64,000 bases of DNA from Candidatus Eiseniibacteriota bacterium (lineage in GTDB: Bacteria; Eisenbacteria; RBG-16-71-46), in contig CAVZLN010000008.1 in the NCBI GenBank assembly GCA_963776245.1, positions 32,001 to 96,000 of the forward strand, read 5' to 3'. Numbering within the stretch: the first letter of the stretch is position 1; each line of letters starts with the position of its first letter. The notes beneath the pieces were generated by a model. That model was not told the DNA's origin, searched no databases, and worked only from the letters and a program-made list of their open reading frames with translations. Shown piece by piece: positions 29,179 to 40,900 of the stretch. A program made the position numbers and the translations under genes.

Positions 29179-31872
29179 TCACCGTGGCGGCGCCCATCCC
29201 TGATCCAGCGTGAGCGAGGTCCGGCCCTGGGCCTGCAACTGGCGGTCGACGAGGAACCGTTGCCCGTCGGCCGTGACGTCGTAATTGGCCTGCGACCCGC
29301 CCGGCTGGAGCTGCGCGCGGAAGAGCTGAACCGGGACGCCGATCTCCACCGTGGGCTCGGCCCGAAACGGGACCGCCATCACCTGGCGGTCCTGCACCAC
29401 GTAGAAGATCTCGCGGCCGTCCCCGCGCCACACGGGCGTCGCGCCTCCCGCGGTGGAGACGCGCCACTTCTCACCTCGCTGCGGGAAGCGTTGGACGTAG
29501 ACCTCGCTCTTCCCGGACTCGTCCGAGGCGAACGCGATCCACCGGCCGTCCCTCGACAGGCGTCCGGCCGCCTCGCCGGCCGAGGACGACGACCAGGGTG
29601 TCATCTTCCCATCGGCGAGCGAGAGCAGCATCAGGGAGCTGTTCCGGCCGATGTCCAGATCGCGACGCAGGAACACGAGCGTGCGGCCATCGGGCGTGCA
29701 GTCCGCCGGCCTCGTCACCTTGTCGCTCCGGAGCACGGTCTGTTCGGCTCCCTCCGCGCCGAGAGCCTGGCGGTGGATGTCGCCGCTCGCCTGTGCCCCG
29801 ACGGCGGACATCCAGTAGAGGTGGGAATCGTCCGGGGACCAGATCGGGGCGGTCTCGTTCAGCGGACTGGACGTCAGGCGGTCCCCGAGTCGGCGCGCGA
29901 CGTCGAAGATCCAGATGTCGCCCTGGTCGGTGACCAGGTCGCTGCGGTCCACCGCCACCCGCCGGCCGTCGTGCGACAGGCGCGGCGCGTAGTAGGAGCC
30001 GGGAGGCGAGAGCACACCGAGATCCTTGCCCGCGCGGTCCACCCAGGACAGTTCGGTGAACCCGGCAGTGTTCCCCTGCAGGTAGACCAGCCGGCCGTCG
30101 GGGGAGGCCGAGAACAGTCCACAGAACTTCGTCGGGTCGAGCGTGACACGGTCAGCCACCTGGATGGCGGCGCCCGAGAAACGCAGCCGTCCCGCGTCGA
30201 AGGCCTGGGCCCACAGGGCGCCGTCCCGCCAGAAGAACAGCCGGCCGGGCTTCGAGTAGATGGCGCTCGTGGCTCCCGGTAGCAGCAATCGCGGTTTCTC
30301 TCGGCGGTCGAGCGGCGCGGCGTACACGCCGTCCTTGACCCCGCGCCACACCGTTCCGCCGGCGGTGGTGAAGAGGAAGTGGCGGCCGCCGGGCAGCACG
30401 GCCGGCCACGCGAGCTCCCTCACGGTCGCGTTCCGCGAGGTGTCCACCAGGCAGGTGCTCTCGCCGCCGGTCGCCGCGACGCGCTGGACTCCCCCGCTGC
30501 GCGAGCCCACGTACAGGATGAAGCCGTCCCGGCTCCACGCGCCGCCGAGCGGCAGCAGCACCGGTGCCAGCGCCTGGGAGGAACCGCCCGAGAGGCTGAT
30601 GCGCCTGAGCTGCCCCTCCGCGAAGAAGCCGAGGTCGCGGCCGTCCGGCGACCAGAAGGGCGACTGGGCGCCTTCGGTGCCGGCCAGCGCGCGGGGCTCC
30701 GCCGCGTCCAGCGATCGCACCCAGATCGAGCTCACGCCGGTGGAGTCCTCGGCGACGAACGCGATCTGCCGGCCATCGGGCGAGAGTGCCATCGGGCCGG
30801 AAGCGATGCTGAACGACATCCGTGGCGGCGCGAGGATGGCGGAGACCACGCGGGCATCGGCGCCCGGTGACTTCGGGCGCAACACGTACCCCCCGCCAGC
30901 GGCGAGCAGCACCAGCAGCAGGGCCCACGGCAGCCACGGGCCCGCGAGCGCGCCCCGGCGCGGAAGGACCGCGCCGCTCCGGCCGGCGGCGGAGTCCGCC
31001 GCCACCGAGGCCAGCTCGAGACCGAGGTCGCGCGCACTCTGCCAGCGCTCGTCGGGGTCGCGGGCCAGGCACCGCGTCACCAGCCGTTCGAGCGCGGGCG
31101 GCGCGAGCGGCGCCAGCAGGCCGAGCGGACGCGGCGCGGCGTTCATGATCGCCCCGATCAGCGAGGCCTGGCTCTTCCCTTCGAACGCGCGGCGGCCGGT
31201 CGCCATCTCGTAGAGCACGCACCCCAGCGCCCAGATGTCGCTCCGGGCGTCGGCCTCCCCGCCCTCGAGCTGCTCCGGCGACATGTACTGGAAAGTCCCG
31301 ACGATGGTGCCCTCGGCCGTGAGCGGCGCCGCCACGGTCGGCGACTGCGTCATCGCCGCCTGAGTCACCCCCGACCCGCCGCCCGGACCCGCCAGCCCGG
31401 TCGCGCGCGCCAGGCCGAAGTCCATCAGCTTCGCGCCCGCCTTCGTGAGCATCACGTTCCCGGGCTTGAGGTCGCGATGGATCACTCCCGCCCGGTGCGC
31501 GCGGTCGAGCGCGTCGGCGATCTGCGCGCCGAGCTTCAGCACCTCCGCCGCCGGCAACGCGCCCTTCGTCAGCCGGCGCGCCAGCGTCTCCCCGTCCACC
31601 AGCTCCATCACCAGGTAGTCGGTCTCGCCCTCGCGCCCCACGTCGTGCAGCGTGCAGATGTGCGGGTGATTGAGCGAGGAGACCGTCTTCGCCTCGCGCT
31701 CGAAGCGCGCGCGCACCTCCGCGTTGGCCGACAGGTGCTGCGGTAGCACCTTGATCGCGACCTCGCGTCCCAGCCGCGGGTCGCGCGCGCGGTACACCTC
31801 GCCCATGCCGCCCGCGCCGAGCGGCGCGACGATCTCGTAGGGCCCGAGCCGGGTGCCGGGAGCGATCGTCAT
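29179..31872 (-). CDS. Hanks-type Ser/Thr kinase with TM helix and TolB/PD40 beta-propellers
   Basis: [43 protein letters not shown]; repeated (W/L)SPDG motifs. Confidence 0.92.
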   Translation of the reverse strand: MTIAPGTRLGPYEIVAPLGAGGMGEVYRARDPRLGREVAIKVLPQHLSANAEVRARFEREAKTVSSLNHPHICTLHDVGREGETDYLVMELVDGETLARRLTKGALPAAEVLKLGAQIADALDRAHRAGVIHRDLKPGNVMLTKAGAKLMDFGLARATGLAGPGGGSGVTQAAMTQSPTVAAPLTAEGTIVGTFQYMSPEQLEGGEADARSDIWALGCVLYEMATGRRAFEGKSQASLIGAIMNAAPRPLGLLAPLAPPALERLVTRCLARDPDERWQSARDLGLELASVAADSAAGRSGAVLPRRGALAGPWLPWALLLVLLAAGGGYVLRPKSPGADARVVSAILAPPRMSFSIASGPMALSPDGRQIAFVAEDSTGVSSIWVRSLDAAEPRALAGTEGAQSPFWSPDGRDLGFFAEGQLRRISLSGGSSQALAPVLLPLGGAWSRDGFILYVGSRSGGVQRVAATGGESTCLVDTSRNATVRELAWPAVLPGGRHFLFTTAGGTVWRGVKDGVYAAPLDRREKPRLLLPGATSAIYSKPGRLFFWRDGALWAQAFDAGRLRFSGAAIQVADRVTLDPTKFCGLFSASPDGRLVYLQGNTAGFTELSWVDRAGKDLGVLSPPGSYYAPRLSHDGRRVAVDRSDLVTDQGDIWIFDVARRLGDRLTSSPLNETAPIWSPDDSHLYWMSAVGAQASGDIHRQALGAEGAEQTVLRSDKVTRPADCTPDGRTLVFLRRDLDIGRNSSLMLLSLADGKMTPWSSSSAGEAAGRLSRDGRWIAFASDESGKSEVYVQRFPQRGEKWRVSTAGGATPVWRGDGREIFYVVQDRQVMAVPFRAEPTVEIGVPVQLFRAQLQPGGSQANYDVTADGQRFLVDRQLQAQGRTSLTLDQGWAPPR
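31745..31857. repeat. 113-bp direct repeat, copy 1 (5' end of kinase 1)
   Basis: 111/113 identical to 34419-34531 by manual alignment. Confidence 0.85.
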
Positions 31873-34546
31873 GGCTTGCGCAGCGCGGCTTGCCAGTTCT
31901 GGACGAGCGTGACCGTCTGCGGCGGGGCCTTCTCCGCCGGCAGGAGCGCAAGAACGCGACGGCCGTCCTGGGCAGGGTCCCACCACGTGGCTTCCGCGGG
32001 CCGATGGAACCATGGGCGTGCCGGCCCCAGGGAGAACTCGGGGCCCGCCTGGACATCCGCCTCGAGGATCCGCTGCGGATCCTTCTGGTTCGCGAAGCGG
32101 AGCCGCTTTCCATCCGACGACCAGCCGGTGACGAACCCGCCGCCAGTCGTGACCTGGTACTTCATCCCGGTGGACTCACACGACTGCACGAAGACCTCCC
32201 CCGTGCCCCCGGACTCGTCGCACACGTACGCCACCCAACGGCCATCCGGAGAGAGTACGGCGGCGCCATCGTTCGCGGGGGTACGGACCAGCGGCCGCGG
32301 GGGAGCGTCGCCCTCCACGGGGACCAGCCACAGGTCCCACTTGGTGGCCGGATCGAGTCGCTCGATCAACAGGTACTTGCCGTCACGCGACCAGGCATCG
32401 ATCCGCTTGTACGCCCGGTCGGAGCCCGCCAGCGTTCTCCGGCTCCCGTCCACGAGGGACCGGATGGCGATGACCTGGGTCATGTCGTCCAGGTAGGCCA
32501 CCCGGCGGCCATCCGGTGACCAGACCGGCGTCGCGCCGCCCTCCGCCGGCTCCGAGATGCGGGTCAGGACCCCGCGCTCGAGGTCCGCGACCGCGACGTG
32601 GGCCCGCAACGCGAGGTTGTCGCTTCCGACCACCATCACGGCGCGGCGTCCGTCCGGCGAGAGCCAGAAGCCGAAGTACAGCCCCGGTGGAACGGGCGCG
32701 CCGGCGATCTCGCGACCTTCCAGATCCAGCCATGCGAAACGCGAACGGACGAGCCCCTGGGTCAGGTACGCCAGGGTGCCGGTGTTCGAGGCCGAGACCA
32801 GCGGGGCCCCGCTGAACGTGGAGATCTGCGGTGTGTCTCCGAGCGGGATCGGCGCGCCGCGGAACCGACGCGACCGCGCGTCGAAGCGCTGCGCCTGCAA
32901 CACCCCGTTGCGCGTGGTCAAGAGCCAGCCGGGAGCGCAGTAGATCGCGCCGGTCTCGACCCGCATGAGCGGCTGGGGCGGACCCCCATCGAGCGAACCC
33001 ACGAGGAGGCCGCCCTTGCCGTCGCTGCCTGCGGGAACAGCGCTGAACAGGAAGTGCCGGCCGTCGGGCAGGAACCACGGGAAGCGGTGCCCGGTCTCGC
33101 CGCGGGTCGAGTCGGGACGGGTCACCTGGACCGGCTCGCCCCCGCCGGCCGGGACCCGGTAGATGCCGCCGTTGGAGAACGGGGCGAGCAGGATGATGCC
33201 CTGCCTGTTCCAGCTGCCGCCGCGGGCCGTCTTCACGTCGCAGATCTTCTCGGGATCGCCCCCCGCGACCGCGATCCGGGAAAGCTGGAGGTCGCCCGCG
33301 AAGAACGCCAGGTCACGGCTGTCGGGAGACCAGAACATGAGAGTGGCGTTCTCGGTCCCCGGCAGCACGCGGGGCACCAGGGCATCCAGGCGGCGCACCC
33401 AGATGCGCGCGGTGCCCGAGGAGTCCGCCACGATCATCGCGATCATCCGGCCATCGGGCGAGAGCTGTGCGCCGGCACCGTCCCCGATCAGGAACTGGTT
33501 CCGTGGGCCCGAGGCCTCGAAACGGGCGACACCCGGAGCGAGCGGTCTCGTCAGGGCCCAGGCAGCGAGCCACGTGGCTAGGGCAGCGGCCAGGGCCGTG
33601 ACGGCCGGGAGCACCCAGTGCGGCAGCCCCCGCGCGGGGCCCGGCCGGGCAGCGGCCCGGGTGCCGCTGGAGGAGGCGCGGGTGGCGATCAGATCCTCCA
33701 GCTCGATGCGAACGTCGCCGATGTCGCGCTGGCGACGCTTCACGTCCTTCTCCAGGCAGCGACCCATCAGCGCGCTCAACTTCTCCGGCGTCTTCTCCGG
33801 CAGCGCGTTCCACTCGGGCTCGGTCTTGAGGATGGACGCGATCGTGTCGGACACCGTCTCGCCGTCGAACGCCTGTCGCGCGGTGAGGCACTCGTACAGC
33901 ACGCAGCCGAACGACCAGATGTCCGAGCCGGCTGTCCACCGCCCGGCCGCGCGCCTGCTCCGGGCTCATGTACGCCGCGGTGCCGAGGATCACGCCCGCG
34001 GTCGTCGCCGCGTGCGTCACCGTGGGCGAGGCGGAGAGACTCGGGTCCGATCCCGAGAGGTCCGCGGACCCGGCCTTGGCCAGACCGAAGTCCAGCACCT
34101 TCACCGCGCCGTCGGGCTTGAGCATCACGTTCCCGGGCTTCAGGTCGCGGTGCACGACGCCGCGCCTCGTGCGCCGCCTCGACGCCCGCCGCGACCTGCC
34201 GGCACACGTCCAGCGCTTCGTCCACCGGCAGCGCGCCGCGCGCGATACGCCGCGCCAGCGTCTCGCCCTCGACCAGCTCGAGCACCAGATAGCGATGACC
34301 CTCGACCTGTTCGAGACCGTGGATGCCCGCGACGTTCGGATGGTTGAGCGAGGCGAGCAGTCGCGCCTCGCGCTCGAAGCGCGCCAGCCGCTCGGGCTCC
34401 TGCGCGAACGCCGCGGGCAGCACCTTGATCGCCACCTCGCGTCCCAGCCGCGGGTCGCGCGCGCGGTACACCTCGCCCATGCCGCCGGCGCCGAGCGGCG
34501 CGACGATCTCGTAGGGCCCGAGCCGGGTGCCAGTGGGGAGTGGCAT
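31869..34546 (-). CDS. Second Ser/Thr kinase-TM-PD40 propeller protein; frameshifts near 34165 and 33930
   Basis: Same kinase motifs spread over three frames; ATGA overlap with the downstream paralog. Confidence 0.88.
34419..34531. repeat. 113-bp direct repeat, copy 2 (5' end of kinase 2)
   Basis: 111/113 identical to 31745-31857. Confidence 0.85.
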
Positions 34547-34715
34547 CGGGGCAATCTACCTCAGGACCACCGGTCCGCGCACACGCGCCCGTTGCGGACC
34601 GCGGGAGTGCGTGCACCCGCGGCGCCCGGCACGGGCCCCGCGGGACGCAACGACACGCGCGGCGTGGAACCGGTGGGACCGGTCCACGCCGCGCGATGGA
34701 CTGCCGGCTCGGGCT

Positions 34716-37395
34716 TCAGGCCGCCTGGGCCAGGTCCTCGTTCTCGTCCGCGTCGTCCTCGTGCCGCACCCCGGCCACCGCGGCCTGCACGCGGGCGGCC
34801 ATCTCCCGCTCCTCCCGCAGGCCCTCGATCATGGCCTCGGCCTGCTCGAGGAGGAACCGCAGCGCGCCCGCCTTCTCGACCGCGTGATCGACGATGACCT
34901 TCTGCCCCTCGAGCACCTCGAGGCTGGATCGCACGTCCACGAGGAGCGCGTCCGCGCGGGCCAGGCGTTCCTCGGCCTTGGCCATCTGCCGCTTGCGCTC
35001 ATCGAGCGCGCTGGTCGTGTCCCGGACCTCCCGGAGCCGGCCCCGCACGTCGTCGAGCAGTCCGCGGCTCTCCTCGATCTCCCGCTGCGCCGAGGTGATC
35101 GCGCGGACATCCTTGGCGGTCTTCTCGGCCACCGCGAACATGCGGTCGAGGTCGGCCTGCATGGACTCCACCGTGCCCTGGCGAGCGGCGATCTGCTCGA
35201 GGGACCGGCTGATCTCGAGTTCCACGCGCTCCCACTTGGCGAGGCGCTCCTCGAACTGGGTGAGTCGCTTCTCCACGACCTGCAGCCCGCTGGCGCGGTC
35301 TTCGAGCTGGGTGGACAACGCATCCACCTGCACCAGCCGCTGGTCGGCCGACACGAGCGCCGCCGTGAGCCGCTTGGACAGCTCGTCGAGCTGCTGCGCC
35401 GACGTGGCCGCCTCCTGGCGCAACTCGGACGAGCGCTTCAGGTCCTTCGCCGCCTCGTCGAGCGCGTGGTGGCGCTGCTGGATCTCCTCGCGCAGCGCGC
35501 GGGTCCGCTCGGCCAGCGCCTCGACCGACTCGCAGCGGGCCTCGATCGCCGCGACCGTCTTCCCGATCGCGTCCGCCCCCCGACCGGCCTCGTCCACGCT
35601 CGACGTCACGCCCGCCACCGTCTTGCTGATCCGCTCGGCCTCCTCGGCCTGCGCCCCCAGCCCGACGAAGCGCTGCTCCGCGGCCTCCATGCGCGTCTGC
35701 AACTGGCGGCCGCGCACGTCGAGGTTCGTGCTGAGCGCGCCGAGATCGGCCAGCCGGCGATGCAGGTCCTCGACGAACTCCCGCCGCGACTCGATCACCG
35801 CCATGGACTCGCCGATGCGCTGGCTGTCCCGTTGCGCCGCCTCGAGCGTGGGCGCCATCGCGCGCAGCTCGCCGAACTGGCGCTCGAGCCCGCGGGCGGA
35901 CTGCTCGACCCCGGCCAGCCAGGCCCGGGTCTCCGACTGGCTCTCCTGCGCCCGCGTGATCTCGGCGTGCGCGATGCGGGCCTGTTCGATCGCGTCCTTC
36001 ACCAGCGCGTTGGCCCCGTTCAGCTGCTCGATGTCCCGCAGGGCGTCCTCGACCGCCGGCCGTGCCTGCTCGATCCGCTCCACCCGATCGCCGGCTTCGC
36101 GGGCGGTCCGGGCGGTCTCGTCGAGATCGCGGCGGATGGCCTGCACCTTGGCCATGTCCTCGTCGATCTGCCCGGCCTGGCCCGAGAGCGTCTGGAGCTG
36201 GGCCGTCAGCGCCTCGGTCTGGGTCTTGAGCCCGGCCACGGTCACGCTCGACTCGCTCACGCCCTTGAACCGGTTCTCGAAGTCCGCGAGCGCCCCGCGC
36301 AGGTCCGCCACGCGCTGGCTGACCGACTCCAGGCTCTTGGCCTCGAAGTCGAATCGCTCCACGGTGTTCTTCATCTCGTCGCGCACCACGGCCAGATCCT
36401 GGCGGGTGGACTGGGCCCGTTCACCGGCCTCGCGCTGCAACTGGCCGATCTCGCGCGAGCGCTCGAGCACCGACTCGTGGAGCGCCTGGAGCGCCGCGAC
36501 CTGATCCTGCACCGCGCCAAGGGTCTTCTCGTTCTCCTGCTGCTGCCGCACGCCGGCATCGATCTGCCGGACCGCGCGCTCGAGGTTGTCCGCCCGCGCG
36601 AGCGCGTTCTCGACCACCTCGCGCTGGGCCTCGAGCGCCGCGCTCTTCTGGGTGATGAAGTCCCCCAGGGTCTTCAGCGTCCCGAGCTCCCGCCGCACGT
36701 CGTCCACCGTGTGCTGGACCCCGTCCATGCCGCGCAGCGACTGCTCGACGCTGGCGACCCGCCGCTCCTTGTCCTGCAGGTCGCGGCTGAGCTCCTCGCG
36801 GCGCCGGTCGAGCGCCTCCACTTTCGAGGTGGCGAGCTTGTGCGCGTCCGAGCAGACGCTCCTGCTGCTCGCGCATCCGCACCAGCTGCTCGCCGGTGCC
36901 TTCGACATGGGCACGGATCCCGTCGGCTTCGCCCTGCAGCTGATGGAACGGCTTCTCGACCTCGAGGAAGGTCTCGAGCCGGTCCTTGAGGCCGAGCGCC
37001 AGCTCGATCTTGCGGCCGATCTCCTCGAACGCGGCGCGGGTCTTCTGGGCGTCCTCGAGCACGGCGGCGATCTGCGTCTCGGCCCGGCGCTGGCCCTGCG
37101 TCAGCTCCTCCGCACGCCCGTCGAGCGTCTGGTAGTGCGACGCGAGCTGCACCATGGCGGCGAAGCGCTGCTCCAGCTCCGCGATGCGGGCGCCCACCGC
37201 GTCCACGTCGCTTCCCGCCTTCGCGATCGGCTCGCCGAGCCCCTGCAGCCGCTCGGCCGCGGCGCGGGAGTTCTCGACCAGCCGCTCGTAACGCCCGCGT
37301 TCCTGCTGCATCTCGCGCAGGACGGCGCGCATCTCCTCGGCGAGTTCCCGGTTCTCGGAGCCATTCCCGAGCAGACGATCGAGCAGAGGGGTCAT
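34716..37395 (-). CDS. Large (~890 aa) coiled-coil protein; frameshift near 36852
   Basis: AAGGAG RBS; MTPLLDRLLGNG; continuous E/Q/R/A/L-rich heptads; no TM, Walker motif or signal peptide seen. Confidence 0.8.
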
Positions 37396-37946
37396 CGTAA
37401 GCTCCTTCGGAGCGCGATCCGGCGGTCTCGTGGGGACCGGCGGTTCATCGACGTGACGGCGTGACCGCTCCTGGTTCTCCACGCACGATGGACGGAGCGG
37501 ACCTGGGAAGACGACCACCTCATTGCAAGAGGCGGACCCCGTCCCCGGAGTTACTGCGGCGTCGTGGTCGGCGGCAGTCCGGCGCACCGAGCCCGAAGCA
37601 CGCGACCCCGGTTGCAAGATGCAAGCCGCCGGGCGAGGCGCGCGGAGCGGGCCCGGCGGGCCCTGGAAGTCCATGAGGACCCACCCCGCTCCGGAACGGG
37701 CCGGGAGCGCGTCCGACCGCTGGGGATCGCATGGGAATGCCCGACCCGCGGGCTCCCCCCGGCCTGCGCGAGGGGTCTCCCGGTGGACACAAATCCACCA
37801 TGCGGAGGTGCGGAATCAGCCGGCCGGGAGGGGTCGGAGCGGACCGCGGCCCCGACAGCGTGCAGCCCGCGATCCCCGGGGCCACGGGATCGCGGGCTGA
37901 CGTCGGCCGATCGCGGTCGTCCCGACCGCGGCGGATTGCGGAACGA

Positions 37947-40900
37947 CTACCTCAAGTGGAGCATCTTGCGTTGCCGGACCTCGCCGCCGACCTCGAGGCG
38001 GTAGAAGTACACGCCGCTCGGGGCGCCCTTCACGTCGAGCTCGACCCGGTAGCTTCCCGCGAGCTGCCGCCGATCCAGCAGCGTCCGCACCTCGCGGCCC
38101 TGCACGTCGTAGAGCCGGAGCACCACCCGCTGGGCGACCGGGATGGCGTACGCGATGGTGGTGACGCCGTGGAACGGGTTCGGCTGGTTCTGCGCCAGCG
38201 ACAGCGCCCGCGGGACGCTCGCGTCGAACTGCTCGACGCCCACCTGCACGGAGTCGATCCCGCCGAACTGGTAGTACCGCGCCGCGAACTCCTGGAGATA
38301 CTGGTTGGTCACGTCGAAATCATGGACGATGAGCGTGTTCTCGTTGTTCGAGTTCTCCGCGGCGCTCGACCAGTTGTGCGATCCGGTCAGGGTCGCGGCG
38401 CCCCACGCCGGGTTCTCCGCGTCGACGATGCAGTACTTGTGGTGGAGCAGCCCCGAGACCCCGGTCTTGAGGCGCACGTCCACCGAGTTCCCGATCAGAT
38501 AGGCATACTGCGATCCGGAATCCGAGTCGGAGTCGAGGTCGCCGCGCACGTTGACGCCGGCCAGGTGCTTCGCCACCAGCGCGCTCGAGATGTCGGAGCG
38601 CGTCATGGTCAGCAGCTGGAAGCCGATCGAATGCTGCGCGCCATTGAGGGTCGAGATGATGTGCGACGTCACGCCGTCGGACGGGCTGAAGTAACACTCG
38701 ACGCGGTTCCCTCCGATCGCGAACTCGTGGGGCGTGTCGTCGAGCTTGCGGGCGCCGAACCGCGAGACCGAGGCGTTCGGCGTGTCGGTGCCACTCCCCC
38801 ACATCTCGTCGAACTCGAGCCGGTAGACGTTCGCGAGCGACTGGTCCTGGATCTCGATCGAGTTCTGGAGGTCGTTGTTGGTGCCCGGATCGGTCGGGTT
38901 CCACGAACCGGTCCACACCCAGGTGCTCTCGGGAGCGCCGCCGCGCGCGTCGATGACCACGAACTTGTCGTGCATCAGCCCGAGCCCGTAGTTGATGGGA
39001 TCGAAGCGGTCGGTGATCAGCGGGATGCCGCTGCCCGTGAGGGTGCCGAACGGGGCGTTCGTCTTGTTGTCGTCCTCGCAGATGACGCGCACCTTCACGC
39101 CGCGGTTCTTGGCGTTGACGAGCGCGGTGGCGAGCGTGGCGCCCGGGGTCCCGCTCAGGTTGTAGACCGCGACGTCGATCGAGCGCTTCGCGTTGTCGAG
39201 CCGCGTGACCAGCCGCGCCGGCAGGTCCTGGTTGCCGTTGGCGGGGTGGAGCCAGGCGAGGCCCGTGTCCACGCTCTTGTTGAAGTACACGTTCATCTGC
39301 CCGGTGGACGCCGGGGGCGAAGCGGTGCTGAACAGGCGCGTGGGCGCGAAGTTGGTCCCGTTCACGTCACCCGATCCCACGCTGTACGAATACACCGTGG
39401 CCGCCGTGAGCCCCGGCACCGTCACGGTGTGCGCCGTCACCGGCGTGGGGTCGACGATCTCGGTCCCGAGCGCCGAGGTGAGCCCGTAGTGGACGATGCT
39501 CGAGGACGCGACGTCGGTGGTCCAGTTCAGCCGGACCGAGGTCGGCTGGAGCTGGTCCTCGTAGGGGGTCGAGAGGATGATCGGACCCGGGTGGGCGATG
39601 ATGTCGTCGGGGGTCCGCGGGGTGATCTCGTAGTCCGCGGTGTAGGGCGGACCGGGCGCCGGCGTGCCGGGCTTGTACTGCTTGAGGATCCCGATCACGT
39701 CGAACACGCTGGGCACCGGCGGATAGGTGACCGGGATGAAGATGGTCGTGGTGCCGGACGGGTCCGTGATGGTCGAGAGCGTGGGGTTGTACGTCGCTCC
39801 GTTGATGCGGATGAGCCGCCCCTCGTTGGGCTCCGTGTAGTCGGGCCGGAACGTGGCGTTCACGTCGGCGCACGTGACCACCAGCGGATCCGGGACCGGC
39901 CGCCCGGTCGCGTGGCGCGTGAGCAGCGCGAACTCGGCCTGGATCTCGGTGATGCCGCGGAACTGCAGGACCGAGCCGGTGACGGTGAGGCTGTCGCCGG
40001 CCGCGATCGTGAACGGCGGCAGGCTGAAGTTGAAGATATCGATGCCCGCGGTGCCGTCCTGCAGGTAGAAGTCGGTCCGGACGTCGCTCATGTTGGCGGT
40101 GACGATCCCGGTCACGGTGACCTCGGCGCCGGCACCGTAGGGCGAGGCGGCCACCCCCGAGGCGTCGTTCACGTGCACCACGACGATCGGGACCAGGTCG
40201 AGCACGCGGACGCGCGGATTGGACACGATCGGGGTGAGCGTTCCCGCCGCGACCGCGCTCCGCACCGCGAAGGTGGAGTTGCCCTTGGTCGCGGGGGAGG
40301 TGAGGTTCGCGATGCTCACGCTGCCGCTGTCCGTCGGGCTCAGCGCCGCCGCGGTGATGAACAGCGTGTCGCCGACCACCGAGGGCGTCGCGCTCAGGAA
40401 CGCCGACCCCGACAGCGCGACGGACGACACGTCGTGCGACCACGTCCACTCGGGCGGCACGACGATCGAGAGACTCGTGAGGGTGTAGCTCGAGTCCTGC
40501 GCGAACGCGAGCGTCAGCAGGTCGACCGGGCGGTCGGTGTACACGATGGCCGGATCGACGCGCGCCCTTCCGGTGCCGTTCCCACCCGAGGCGAACGGCG
40601 GCTCGGGCCCGTTCGAGCTGTTCTGGGGGTTGCGCCCGAAGGTCTGGGTGACGAAGTCATTGCCGTTGACGTCGGTGTCCTGCCCGTTGCCGAGGAAGGC
40701 ATCCGCCCCGCTCGCGAGCGAGGCGGCGGTCGACAGTGCGTTCGCCTTGCGCTCGACGCTGTTCCCGTTCGCGCTGGTGCCGTGATTGGGAGCGGCGACG
40801 CCGCCCTCGGGATCGATCGCCGTCCCCCAGCCCACCTTGTCGACCTCGACCGCGGCCGCGTCGAGGACCCGCTCGTGACCGTTGTCGGCCATGCCGGTGC

